Shown: positions 10,384 to 20,424, numbered from the stretch's first letter. The stretch is DNA of 64,000 bases from an uncultured Veillonella sp. (GCF_963522475.1 NZ_CAUQYW010000010.1:471-64470); one strand, 5' to 3'. The notes: generated by a model not told the origin, from the sequence alone. A program made the numbers and translations.

Positions 10384-11937
10384 CTAAAAGTCTTTACCTA
10401 CAAATTTAACCTTCCATTGATTATCTTTGTTTTTATGACCATCCTTATAAGTTAAATATAAATCAAAAGAGTGTAAATCACGATGCCATGTATAATAAAT
10501 AGAATCAATATCGCCACTCATCATATTAGTTTTAACACTTACAGAAATATCATCAAGACGAGTTAATTTATAAGAACCACCATATATCAGTTCCTTAGGA
10601 AGCTCAGTTGTATCAAATCGATAAGGGGAATTATTATAAGAAATATTACGTTGATTATAAGAAACCCAAACATTAGCACGTTTGCCAGCTTTAGAACGGA
10701 AGCGAACACCCCAATATGGCATACTACGTATTGAATCATTATAGCCATAGTAGTCACGTTGGTAACCACCTAAGAAACGTAAGTCCGCATTTTTCCAAAG
10801 CTTAATTGGATCATGAGATACCTCAGTATAGTATTCCTCATGAGTACCTTTTACAGAGCCTTCTTTCCAATAGCCTGCATTTACACCGCCACGCACAGTA
10901 ACCGGAGATTTACCGACATGATAAGTATGCGTATCTAAACGAGCCTCACCAATTTTTTCAACCCATACAGTTTCATCATTATACTCATTAGACTCTTTAC
11001 TGTAACCAATAGAGGCAGTAGCCCAAGGTAAATAATGACGATAACCCATTTTCGGTTTAAAGCCAGATTTTATATACCAGCGATAGTCAATATATGCCTC
11101 GCCATGCTTGCCAATAGGATAATCTGTACTACCATGTAAGCCTAATCCATCATCACTGCTATAAGTTGGTTTCGGTACTAAAGAGAATATACTAAATTTC
11201 CCTTCTTTGTCATGACGCAAGGAAGATGTATAAGATGGTAAGGAGAAAAGCTTAAAGTTTTTAATATAGAAAGATGGTTTTTTTATAACCACCTTATCGC
11301 CAGGATACACAGTAATATCTTGACCTTCTACACGATAGTCTGGAGTATGTACAAAGGCCATCGCATGTTTTGTAGTAACCATACCCTTTTCTATATGACC
11401 AATTTGGCCATCAAAGGTTGCATTATTCCCCTTCACATAATAAGGATCGGTCCACCCCATCGCCTGATCAGCTGTAAAATGACGATCACTCGTGCGATAG
11501 GTCATATTTTCCCCTTTAATATCCTTGGTTTTACCACCATCTTCTAAATAATGATAGCCGCCAACCGTACGATATTCCGTAGTTTTTGTATTACCTTCAA
11601 TACGTGGAGCCTTTAATGTTTGGTTACCGTGTGTAACTACAACATCACCTTGTGCATATACATCACCAGTAGACCCAGTATATGACATTTTATCAGCATC
11701 TATACGAGTTGGTAACTGTTCTACAGGCTCACTGGATTTTGCCTTTTCACCACGACGTACAACACGGATATTACTATATTCAGGTGTAGATGCTTTAGAG
11801 ATTTCTCCAAGATAGGATTGACCAACGCTATCCAATTGGTCTTGATATACCGTGGTTGACTCTGTAGCAGCCCATACAGGTTGTGCCATACAGAACACAC
11901 AAGCTGCCGCTAGCCATTGTACTTTACGTTTCCTCAT
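10384..11937 (-). CDS. LptD-like LPS-assembly outer-membrane protein (OstA-like N-terminal domain plus beta-barrel)
   Basis: Signal peptide; RIDADKMSY...VYAQGDVVV beta-jellyroll; alternating aromatic beta-strands; C-terminal Phe. Confidence 0.68.
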   Translation of the reverse strand: MRKRKVQWLAAACVFCMAQPVWAATESTTVYQDQLDSVGQSYLGEISKASTPEYSNIRVVRRGEKAKSSEPVEQLPTRIDADKMSYTGSTGDVYAQGDVVVTHGNQTLKAPRIEGNTKTTEYRTVGGYHYLEDGGKTKDIKGENMTYRTSDRHFTADQAMGWTDPYYVKGNNATFDGQIGHIEKGMVTTKHAMAFVHTPDYRVEGQDITVYPGDKVVIKKPSFYIKNFKLFSLPSYTSSLRHDKEGKFSIFSLVPKPTYSSDDGLGLHGSTDYPIGKHGEAYIDYRWYIKSGFKPKMGYRHYLPWATASIGYSKESNEYNDETVWVEKIGEARLDTHTYHVGKSPVTVRGGVNAGYWKEGSVKGTHEEYYTEVSHDPIKLWKNADLRFLGGYQRDYYGYNDSIRSMPYWGVRFRSKAGKRANVWVSYNQRNISYNNSPYRFDTTELPKELIYGGSYKLTRLDDISVSVKTNMMSGDIDSIYYTWHRDLHSFDLYLTYKDGHKNKDNQWKVKFVGKDF

Positions 11938-11974
11938 GGTTACTAGAACTCCTCTTGCTATTAGAATTTGTTAA

Positions 11975-13093
11975 TTATTGATTACGTTTTACAACCACAA
12001 TAGGTTGAGATACATTTTCTACCGGTTCTTCTTGTTCTTCTACCGCTGCTGGTTCTTCTGCTGTTGTTTCATTTTCATCAACAGTTGTATCACTAGAATC
12101 AACAGTTTCTTCAGTTTCATCGGCTGGAGTTGGAACTGTTACTGCATCTGCCAATTCATCACTACTATGTGCTAAACCATCACCACCAATAACAAGACCT
12201 TGAATTGTTACAGAATCTTGAGGTTGTACATAAATTGTTGCACCAGCAGGGTACTCAATATTTTTCCCCTTAATAAAAGCACCGCCTACTAAGCCTACAG
12301 GACCAAGTAAAACTGCACCAGCTACAGAAGCGCCAGCAGCTTTAACTTCATTACGAGTTTTATCCTTAGCTTCTTTACCTTGTACCGCAGTAAACTGTGT
12401 GCCATCGATGGCAGGAATCGTATCAAATGTGATATCTAATGCACCATTACGACCAAAAGAACGTGCTTTTTTCAAAGATGTAATCGTACCAGATCCTACT
12501 GTACCTGCAGGAACTAACAACACATTGCCATCCATTACATTTTCTGCTACTGTGAAAGGAACTGTATCACCTTCATGGCTAGTTTTAGAAGAAACGGCTT
12601 CATTCAAGGTAACTTTGAAGACTTTGTTGCCAGCTAATGTACCAACTTGGTTAGTAAGTGTTACATTGCTACCATACACTTTTGTTTTCAAAGAAATAAT
12701 ACGTTTTTGTAAAGAGCCACTACCAATACGTCCATTAACACTACGCTCCATCTTTTCTACACGATCCACGAGAGAGCCTGCATTAATACTATTTTGATAT
12801 GTATATTCCAAGGCATCCATTTCTTCACGCAAAGAAATATTTGTGCCGCTACCTTCTACAGAGTCATAGAGAGAATCAACACGTTTACTCAATGTAGCGG
12901 AGTTACCATTAAAACCAGTACCATACACGGTTTCATCAAGTTGATTAATGCGGTCCACTACAGCACCATCTTGTACAGCGCCATATACAGTAGTTTCCAA
13001 AACATTTGTTTTCTCTGTAACTGTGCCAGGAGCAGCAAATGCAGTGCCTGAAATCAAGGATGCCATTAAAAGTGTAAGTACTTGCTTCTTCAT
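11975..13093 (-). CDS. Secreted hypothetical protein: N-terminal helical repeats, Gly-zipper domain, acidic tail
   Basis: Signal peptide ending AFA; repeats ETTVYG...VDRINQLDETVYG / LVDRVEKMERSVNG / QKRIISLKTKVYG; AAGASVAGAVLLGPVGLVGG; start ATG 13093 after GGAGG. Confidence 0.8.
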   Translation of the reverse strand: MKKQVLTLLMASLISGTAFAAPGTVTEKTNVLETTVYGAVQDGAVVDRINQLDETVYGTGFNGNSATLSKRVDSLYDSVEGSGTNISLREEMDALEYTYQNSINAGSLVDRVEKMERSVNGRIGSGSLQKRIISLKTKVYGSNVTLTNQVGTLAGNKVFKVTLNEAVSSKTSHEGDTVPFTVAENVMDGNVLLVPAGTVGSGTITSLKKARSFGRNGALDITFDTIPAIDGTQFTAVQGKEAKDKTRNEVKAAGASVAGAVLLGPVGLVGGAFIKGKNIEYPAGATIYVQPQDSVTIQGLVIGGDGLAHSSDELADAVTVPTPADETEETVDSSDTTVDENETTAEEPAAVEEQEEPVENVSQPIVVVKRNQ

Positions 13094-13201
13094 AAATTCC
13101 TCCACAACGTATCTAATGTATAACTGTTATACAACAGAATAAGCACGGGCCTAAGACCGTGCTTATTCCCTGAGTCTACTATTTTATATGCTCAGTGGCC
13201 A

Positions 13202-13648
13202 TTAAATTTTCAAATCGATAATCGCAGATACACCTACGCCTTGAACACGAGATGCACCAATTGGGTTTGTACTATCAACAGGTACCAAACCTTTAACACG
13301 AACCATACCGTTAAAGCTACCTTCTACTTGGGCAACAGCTTTAACCTGTTCAATACTAGATGCAGGACCAGTAACTTGAGCAGCACCGATATAACCTTTT
13401 GTACCAATACTAATGATAGGTACAACTTTAGTTGTATATTCTGTACTTAAATTGTTTTGTTTCAATAATTTATTTAAGAAAGAGTCAATTTGTGGACCGA
13501 ATTTATTAATAACAATACCGATACCACCAATTTTAACTGCACCGCCAAGAATACTGCTAAGGCCGCCAGCTTGAGTAGTCAAGATGCCACCAAATGCAGT
13601 TGTAGTTAAACAAATCCCTAGAACAGCTGTAATAATCTTCTTTTTCAT
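13202..13648 (-). CDS. Conserved-looking secreted hypothetical protein
   Basis: AGGAGG RBS, signal peptide, Gly-rich, beta-strand-rich C-terminus ending GVSAIIDLKI. Confidence 0.8.
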   Translation of the reverse strand: MKKKIITAVLGICLTTTAFGGILTTQAGGLSSILGGAVKIGGIGIVINKFGPQIDSFLNKLLKQNNLSTEYTTKVVPIISIGTKGYIGAAQVTGPASSIEQVKAVAQVEGSFNGMVRVKGLVPVDSTNPIGASRVQGVGVSAIIDLKI

Positions 13649-13788
13649 AATAAGCCTCCTATAGATACTTATATTTTAACAAATTCTATACATAGATTCT
13701 AGTGAAAGTATAAGAACTTACACATAAAGATACTAGTATTGTATAAAAGTCCAATGAACAATCAATGAATTTTACGCAACTTAATTTA

Positions 13789-13817
13789 ATGCTACCATCA
13801 CAAAGATTTGCTGTCAA
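13789..13817 (-). promoter_or_regulatory. sigma-A-type promoter upstream of the 148-aa gene
   Basis: Minus strand TTGACA-17 nt-TAGCAT with TG extension. Confidence 0.55.
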
Positions 13818-13902
13818 TATCAAGTCTAACTCATACTCTATAGGGACAAAATACTTCTTATTTTTATGGATCCTTAAGACTGAAACAATCTCAATTATAG
13901 GA

Positions 13903-14910
13903 TTAACAAATACGTGGGACTTGATCTTCGCCTAATAAATCTATTAATCGTACGCCACCAATAGCTGTTTGCAAACCAACCTTACCAATATTTTTATCTA
14001 ATGTTTTACCAATTAATACGGCTTCTTTTCCCTCTTCAAAGCTGTGAAGAATCTTTAGTACTTCCTCCGTTACAGAAGGATCGACAACCAATACAACTTT
14101 CCCTTCATTAGCTAAATATAAAGGATCATAGCCTAAAATATCACAAACAGATTGCACTTCAGCGTGAACTGGGATAGCACTTTCTTCAATCTTAATGCCT
14201 ACTTGGCTTTGATCTGCAATTTCTTTTAAAACAGTACCTAAACCACCTCGTGTAGGATCTCTCAGTAAAGCTATCTGAGGGCCCACTTTTTCGAGTACAG
14301 CATGTACCATATAATTTAATGGCGCACAGTCAGTTTTCAATGTATCAGATAATTCAAGGCCAAAACGTTGACCCATAACTGCAATAGAATGATCACCAAT
14401 AGCACCTGACAAGATAATATCCATCCCTGGCTTTACACGATGAGGACCAATATCTATATGTTCTGGAATCATACCAATTCCAGCTGTATTGATATAGATT
14501 TTATCAACTTCACCTTTTTTTACAACCTTGGTATCCCCTGTAACGATTTGAACATTAGCAGCTTTCGCCATATCCGCCATAGTATGGAGAATCTCATCTA
14601 ACTCATCAAAGGCTAGCCCTTCTTCTAAAATAAGGCCACAGCTTAAATACTGAGGTACAGCTCCATTCATCGCTAAATCATTAACTGTACCACATACAGC
14701 TAACTTGCCAATATTCCCGCCAGGGAAAAACGCTGGTTGCACTACATAGGAATCTGTAGAGAACGCCATCCGTCCTGTCATAACAGGAAATTGCGCACCA
14801 TCATGTAATGGAGCTAATAAATCATTTGTAAAGTATTTCAAAATAAAACGTTCGGTCAACTCATGACTAAATCGACCGCCATTTCCATGGACTAAGCGAA
14901 CTCGCTCCAT
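13903..14910 (-). CDS. hypE: Hydrogenase maturation carbamoyl dehydratase HypE
   Basis: HGNGG, FSTDSYVVQP.FFPGGNIGKLAVCGT, RDPTRGG and terminal PRIC; start ATG 14910. Confidence 0.96.
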   Translation of the reverse strand: MERVRLVHGNGGRFSHELTERFILKYFTNDLLAPLHDGAQFPVMTGRMAFSTDSYVVQPAFFPGGNIGKLAVCGTVNDLAMNGAVPQYLSCGLILEEGLAFDELDEILHTMADMAKAANVQIVTGDTKVVKKGEVDKIYINTAGIGMIPEHIDIGPHRVKPGMDIILSGAIGDHSIAVMGQRFGLELSDTLKTDCAPLNYMVHAVLEKVGPQIALLRDPTRGGLGTVLKEIADQSQVGIKIEESAIPVHAEVQSVCDILGYDPLYLANEGKVVLVVDPSVTEEVLKILHSFEEGKEAVLIGKTLDKNIGKVGLQTAIGGVRLIDLLGEDQVPRIC

Positions 14911-14911
14911 A

Positions 14912-16030
14912 TTAATCCTCCCACGTCGATCCACCACTGGAATACCCATATTTATACCATGCTGCACAACTACCTTCTACAGATACCATGCAAGCACCAA
15001 CTGGATGGTCAGCAGTACAACTTTTACCAAATAAGGGACATTCACTCGGCTTAATAAGACCTTGTAACACACGCCCACATTGACAACCTTTCGGATCAAT
15101 AGATGGTTTTTCTAATGTAATTGGTAAAGCCTTTTCTGCATCATATGCAGCATATTCATTCTTTAAGGCTAAACCAGAATTTGGGATAATACCAATTCCA
15201 CGCCATGCATCATCACATACGTCATACACTTCATTTATCATAGCTTGGGCTACAGGATTCCCCTGTTTCATAACTACAGAATGATAGGTATTACCTACAA
15301 ATATTTGGCCTGTCTTGCGCTGCTCTAAAATATTAGCTATAGCAGATAATATTTCTACCCCATCAAAGCCAGCAATACATGATGGAATATGATATTCTTC
15401 TGGCAAGAATCGATACGGTTCTTCACCGATGATAACGCTCACATGGCCAGGCAAGATAAAACCATCGATATGACCTTCTTGCTTATCTAGTAATGCCCGT
15501 AATGCAGGAGGCACTAATTTATGAGATACGAGGAAAAATACATTCTTAAGACCTGCAGCATGAACAGCTTTCACAGTCGCACAAATAACAGCAATAGTCG
15601 TTTCAAAACCTATGGCTAAGAATACAATTTTTTTATCTGGATGTTTTTTACTAAGCTCTATTACTTCTAATGGTGTATAGATAACATGGATATGAGCCCC
15701 TTTTGTTTGGGCCTCACTAAGACTACTATAACTGCCAGGAACCTTTAACATATCCCCGAAAGTAGCGATGATAACATCATCGCATTCAGCATAGGCTAAC
15801 GCCTTATCCATATACGTTTGATCTGTTACACATACAGGACATCCTGGTCCACTAACAAGTTCAATGCCACTTGGCAATAATTGACGAAGACCTTCTCGGA
15901 AAATCGATACAGTATGTGTACCACAAACCTCCATAAGTCTTATAGTTTCCCCAGGCTCATGAAGGGTATTAATACGTTTTAACAACGCATCAGCACTATT
16001 CTGCTTTTCCTGCAAAGTAAGCTTCTTCAA
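14912..16030 (-). CDS. hypD: Hydrogenase maturation protein HypD
   Basis: MEVCGTHT, GPGCPVCV, GFETT, PGHVS and C-terminal Cys cluster motifs; TTG start overlaps hypC. Confidence 0.96.
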   Translation of the reverse strand: MKKLTLQEKQNSADALLKRINTLHEPGETIRLMEVCGTHTVSIFREGLRQLLPSGIELVSGPGCPVCVTDQTYMDKALAYAECDDVIIATFGDMLKVPGSYSSLSEAQTKGAHIHVIYTPLEVIELSKKHPDKKIVFLAIGFETTIAVICATVKAVHAAGLKNVFFLVSHKLVPPALRALLDKQEGHIDGFILPGHVSVIIGEEPYRFLPEEYHIPSCIAGFDGVEILSAIANILEQRKTGQIFVGNTYHSVVMKQGNPVAQAMINEVYDVCDDAWRGIGIIPNSGLALKNEYAAYDAEKALPITLEKPSIDPKGCQCGRVLQGLIKPSECPLFGKSCTADHPVGACMVSVEGSCAAWYKYGYSSGGSTWED

Positions 16031-16241
16031 GTTCTTCTAGCTCCTTAAAGGCATCTAATGTTTTTTGTGCCTCTTCTTCATCAACAATTTGTACAGCAAA
16101 ACCTGCATGGACTAACAACCAGTCTCCTACCTTTGCTTCTGGTACGAGGAGTAAGCTACAATCACGAGTAGCACCTGTCAATTCGACAGTACCAATCGCA
16201 TCATTTACAGCAACCAATTGTGCTGGTACAGCTAAGCACAT
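15996..16241 (-). CDS. hypC: Hydrogenase assembly chaperone HypC
   Basis: MCLAVP N-terminus and GDWLLVHAGFA. Confidence 0.96.
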   Translation of the reverse strand: MCLAVPAQLVAVNDAIGTVELTGATRDCSLLLVPEAKVGDWLLVHAGFAVQIVDEEEAQKTLDAFKELEELEEAYFAGKAE

Positions 16242-16384
16242 ATTATCTCCTTTATCTATTAAATTAATAAGACTTATTTTATATAAAAGTGCTTTTCACA
16301 AAAGCATTATCAGAATATATAAATTATTCTAATATCATTGTATCACATTTAAAAATATTATTTAGTGATAGTAGCTACAAATTA

Positions 16385-18670
16385 TTATTTTGATATATGG
16401 CTACCAATCCATAGTTGACCTAGTGCCAATCCACCATCATTGGAAGGAACTGCTTCATTCATGTATAAATCACCTACATGCCAAGCTTTATACATTAGTT
16501 CTACTAATTTACGATTTTGAAATACACCACCAGATATAGCTACATTTCTAATGTTATATCGCTCCATTAAATCAGCAGCCGTTTCACATAATGCAATGGC
16601 AACGGTTTTATGGAATGATACTGCAAGATGAGATCTAGATTCACCTTTAACGACACCATCCATAATAGATTGAACAGTTGGAGTAAAATCAAGAATTCGC
16701 CCATCATAGTTATAATCAAGCAATGTGCCTTTTTCATCACCACATAAAGATTCTAATGCAATAGCAATTTGCGCATCATAGGTATGAATCATACCTAGTC
16801 CTAAAAGAGAACCTACTGCATCAAATAAACGTCCACAGCTCGTTGCTTGAATCATAGGCATTGTAGATTGTAATGCTTTATCTAATATTTCCCAACCTTT
16901 AGGTAGCCTGTTCATCCAATCTTGGTAAATAGGTGGAATATCATTACCATAATAATTTCTCATATACCATAAGGCTTGACGCCATGGCTCAGAAACCGCT
17001 TTTTCTCCACCTGGTAACGGCGCTTCATGGATATGGGCTAATCGTTGATATTGGTTGCCTTTACAAAGGAGAAATTCACCACCCCATACGCTTCCATCTG
17101 GACCATATCCAGTACCATCCATGGCAATACCTAGTACAGGGCCTTCAAGATTATGCTCTGCCATAACTGATGCAATGTGAGCATGATGATGTTGGACAGG
17201 TATAACAGAAATCTGTGAACTTTTACCAATACTTTCCCCTAAGTGAGAAGAGAAAAATTGAGGATGACTATCTACAATGATTTTCTCTGGTTGTATAGAA
17301 AATAATTTCTCATATCGGTCAATAGTCCACTCCAAAGTTGCATGAGTGGATGCATTCTGTAGATCACCAATATGTGGTCCCACAAGAACTTCAGAACCTT
17401 TATTCATAGCGAAAGCATTTTTTAAATCACTCCCCATGGCTAATATCGAAGTTTGCCCTGAAATTTCACAATGAATAGGTTCTGGTACATAGCCACGACT
17501 ACGACGAATAAATCGAGGTTTCTTATGAATAACAGTTACAACAGAATCATCGAGAGGTGCATAAATTTTCCGATTGTGGACCAAAAAATAATCAGCCACT
17601 GCCCCTAACTCTTCAAATGCTTGATTATCATCATATAAAACGGGATCACCACTGCGATTACCACTCGTCATGACCCACGCCGCATCTGATGGTAATAGTA
17701 CCTCATGCATTGGTGAATACGGTAACATTACGCCCAGCATATGATTATCTGGTGCCACATGGGGACTCAACCGTACCAAACTATCATGATTTCTTTGTAA
17801 TAGTACGATAGGACGCTCCATTCCGGTCAATGTATCTAATTCTACATCACTAATATGAACTAATTCTATGGCTGTATCTAGAGACCCTACCATAATTGCT
17901 AGTGGTTTATGTGGTCTATTTTTACGCTTACGTAAGCGTTGTACCGCTACATCATTTCGAGCATCACAAACTAAATGATAGCCGCCAATTCCCTTTATAG
18001 CGATAATACTACCTTCGTTAATTAATTCACGGGTTGTATTCCATACATTTACTGTATCTACAACCGTACGATTAGGTTTATATAAAGTATAATGAGGGCC
18101 ACATTCAATACATGCATTTGGTTCAGCACGATAACGGCGCCCCTCTATATCCTCATATTCAGCCTTACAAGCTTCACACATAGGAAACGCATCCATCGTC
18201 GTTCGCTCACGATCATAAGGTAGCGATTTAATAATCGTATACCGGGGGCCACAATTTGTGCAATTAATAAAAGGATATTCTTTCCTACGCTTGTCCTGCT
18301 CCAATTCTTTAAGACAGTCATCACATGGCGCTGTATCAGCACTAATAAACGTACTAACCTCTTCACCTAATGGAGAGGGCTTCACAGAGAACTCAACTTC
18401 ATTGTTTTGTATAGTAAGATGTTGTACCCGTTGACTTGTAATGCGGCACAATCGAGGTTGGTCATCTTGAATCGCATCTAAAAACAACTGCAAATCACTA
18501 GTACAACCTTGTATCTCAACGTAAACACCTTGGCTATCATTATATACAAAACCTGTTAACCCTAGGGAATGTGCCCACATAGAAACAAGGGGCCGGAATC
18601 CGACCCCTTGAACTATACCGGTATAACGAATTCCCCAGCGTTCTATAGTTTGATTACTATTTTGTTTCAT
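16385..18670 (-). CDS. hypF: Carbamoyltransferase HypF
   Basis: GIVQGVGFRP acylphosphatase domain, two CxxC..CxxC zinc fingers, KGIGGYHL, QHHHAH, DGTGYG and NDGG.ALGQ. Confidence 0.96.
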   Translation of the reverse strand: MKQNSNQTIERWGIRYTGIVQGVGFRPLVSMWAHSLGLTGFVYNDSQGVYVEIQGCTSDLQLFLDAIQDDQPRLCRITSQRVQHLTIQNNEVEFSVKPSPLGEEVSTFISADTAPCDDCLKELEQDKRRKEYPFINCTNCGPRYTIIKSLPYDRERTTMDAFPMCEACKAEYEDIEGRRYRAEPNACIECGPHYTLYKPNRTVVDTVNVWNTTRELINEGSIIAIKGIGGYHLVCDARNDVAVQRLRKRKNRPHKPLAIMVGSLDTAIELVHISDVELDTLTGMERPIVLLQRNHDSLVRLSPHVAPDNHMLGVMLPYSPMHEVLLPSDAAWVMTSGNRSGDPVLYDDNQAFEELGAVADYFLVHNRKIYAPLDDSVVTVIHKKPRFIRRSRGYVPEPIHCEISGQTSILAMGSDLKNAFAMNKGSEVLVGPHIGDLQNASTHATLEWTIDRYEKLFSIQPEKIIVDSHPQFFSSHLGESIGKSSQISVIPVQHHHAHIASVMAEHNLEGPVLGIAMDGTGYGPDGSVWGGEFLLCKGNQYQRLAHIHEAPLPGGEKAVSEPWRQALWYMRNYYGNDIPPIYQDWMNRLPKGWEILDKALQSTMPMIQATSCGRLFDAVGSLLGLGMIHTYDAQIAIALESLCGDEKGTLLDYNYDGRILDFTPTVQSIMDGVVKGESRSHLAVSFHKTVAIALCETAADLMERYNIRNVAISGGVFQNRKLVELMYKAWHVGDLYMNEAVPSNDGGLALGQLWIGSHISK

Positions 18671-18704
18671 ATAAACTCCTACTATAGACGGAGAATTAAA
18701 TCTA

Positions 18705-20114
18705 TTAACCTAATGCTACAGGAATACTGCCATCAATGCCAGCTTGTTCCAACTCAGCTTGAATCATAATAGCACATTCGATACGTTTCTTTTGTAAACG
18801 GCAGCCAAATTCATAAGGTGTTTCTAAATCGCCACCTAATGTAATGTTGTTAGCATGACAACCACCAGAACAGAAGAATTTCGCCCAACATTCAGCACAA
18901 GTTGGTTTAGAGAATACATGTGTATTACGGAAATCTTTAGGAATTTCTGTATTTTGTAAACCATCATACACATTGCCAAGCACATATCCATCTTTACCTA
19001 CGAATTGATGACAAGGGTAAATATCGCCATTTGGTACGACTGCCATATATTCATGACCTGCCCCACAACCACGAAGGCGTTTAGCCATACATGGACCGCG
19101 ATACAAATCCATACGGAAGTGGAAGAAGTTAAACTTCTCGCCCCAACCATCTAATTGACGTTGTAAATAAATATCTGCTAATTTTTCATATTCTTTTTCC
19201 AATACAGGCCAATCCTCTTCGCGAAGAACATAGTCCCCCTCTTCACCTACTACAGGCTCCATGGATAAATGTTCAAAGCCAAGATCAGACATAGCCATAA
19301 CGTCTTTTGTAAAGTCTAAGTTTTTATGTGTATACGTACCACGTACGTAGTATTCAAGGCCATGGCGTTGTTTTACAGCATTGATAAGATTTTTAGCAAT
19401 ATATTTGTAAGATTCAGCACCACTACCAGCTACAGGACGCATCGCATTATGTACAGATTCACGACCATCCAAAGATAATACAAGGCTCATCTTATGTTCG
19501 TTTACATAGTCGATTTTATCTTGTGTTAAGAGCATGCCGTTTGTAGTCAATGTAAGCTTGAAAATCTTATTGTGCTTTTCTTGAATGGATTCAATATATT
19601 CAACTGTTTGTTTAACAACATCCCAGTTCAATAAAGGTTCTCCACCAAAGAAGTCTATTTCACAATGTTGACGAGGGCCGCTCATTTTAATGAGGAAGTC
19701 CACTGCACGCTTCGCCACATCAAAACTCATTAATTCACGTTTTACACCGCCGTAATCACCTTGGCTAGCAAAACAGTATTTACATGCTAAATTACAATCA
19801 TGAGCAATATTTAAGCATAATGCCTTAACAATAGGTTTTTCACCTACTACAAGTTTAAACTCTGTACTCATGGGAGCAAACAATTGCTCTGCTTTAATGA
19901 GCTCATCTAACTCATCCATAATCTCATCAAGTTCTACGGCATCTTCTTTAGCATCTAATGCAGCATGTACTGCATCGCGATTAGTGCCATCATATATGTC
20001 AAGAACTCTATCAATGAGTTCGTCGATAACGTGAATAATACCACTATTAACATCTAAGCAGTAATAGTTATCCTTCATCCGAAACTTATGGATCATTGGT
20101 TTTAATTCTAACAT
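18705..20114 (-). CDS. scfB: SCIFF/ranthipeptide radical SAM maturase
   Basis: RRE-like N-terminus (LDVNSG.IH), CNLACKYC, FFGGEP and SPASM Cys motifs; adjacent precursor; start ATG 20114 after GGAGG. Confidence 0.94.
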   Translation of the reverse strand: MLELKPMIHKFRMKDNYYCLDVNSGIIHVIDELIDRVLDIYDGTNRDAVHAALDAKEDAVELDEIMDELDELIKAEQLFAPMSTEFKLVVGEKPIVKALCLNIAHDCNLACKYCFASQGDYGGVKRELMSFDVAKRAVDFLIKMSGPRQHCEIDFFGGEPLLNWDVVKQTVEYIESIQEKHNKIFKLTLTTNGMLLTQDKIDYVNEHKMSLVLSLDGRESVHNAMRPVAGSGAESYKYIAKNLINAVKQRHGLEYYVRGTYTHKNLDFTKDVMAMSDLGFEHLSMEPVVGEEGDYVLREEDWPVLEKEYEKLADIYLQRQLDGWGEKFNFFHFRMDLYRGPCMAKRLRGCGAGHEYMAVVPNGDIYPCHQFVGKDGYVLGNVYDGLQNTEIPKDFRNTHVFSKPTCAECWAKFFCSGGCHANNITLGGDLETPYEFGCRLQKKRIECAIMIQAELEQAGIDGSIPVALG

Positions 20115-20251
20115 GGTACCTCCAATTAATATGTATGGTAAAAGTTCTACTATATAGAACTTTCTAGATAATTGTACCACATTTCCACGCTAAACGTTAT
20201 GAAAAGAGTCATAAAGATATACCATACAAAGTATGTATTATACACATAAAT

Positions 20252-20279
20252 AAAAAAGGCCCGCTAAGCGAGCCTCTTT
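20252..20279 (-). terminator. Terminator after scfA
   Basis: Minus strand AGGCTCGC-TTA-GCGGGCCT-TTTTT. Confidence 0.75.
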
Positions 20280-20280
20280 A

Positions 20281-20424
20281 TTATTTTTGTTTGCAAACTT
20301 GGTTACCAACTGTGCAGCTTGTTTTGCAAGCAGATTGGCAAGATGTTTGACATTCCCCACAACCGCCAGTTTTAGCAGTTTTTTGCAAGGATTCAGTGTT
20401 GATAGTACGAATACGTTTAGCCAT
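20281..20424 (-). CDS. scfA: Six-cysteine ranthipeptide (SCIFF) precursor, 47 aa
   Basis: Translated by hand: MAKRIRTINTESLQKTAKTGGCGECQTSCQSACKTSCTVGNQVCKQK*; GAGGAGG RBS; not in ORF track. Confidence 0.96.
   Translation of the reverse strand: MAKRIRTINTESLQKTAKTGGCGECQTSCQSACKTSCTVGNQVCKQK

Noticed and set aside
12399..13450. Several plus-strand ORFs (also at 49774-50196, 56916-57353 and elsewhere)
   Set aside because: They lie wholly antisense to well-supported genes; typical shadow frames.
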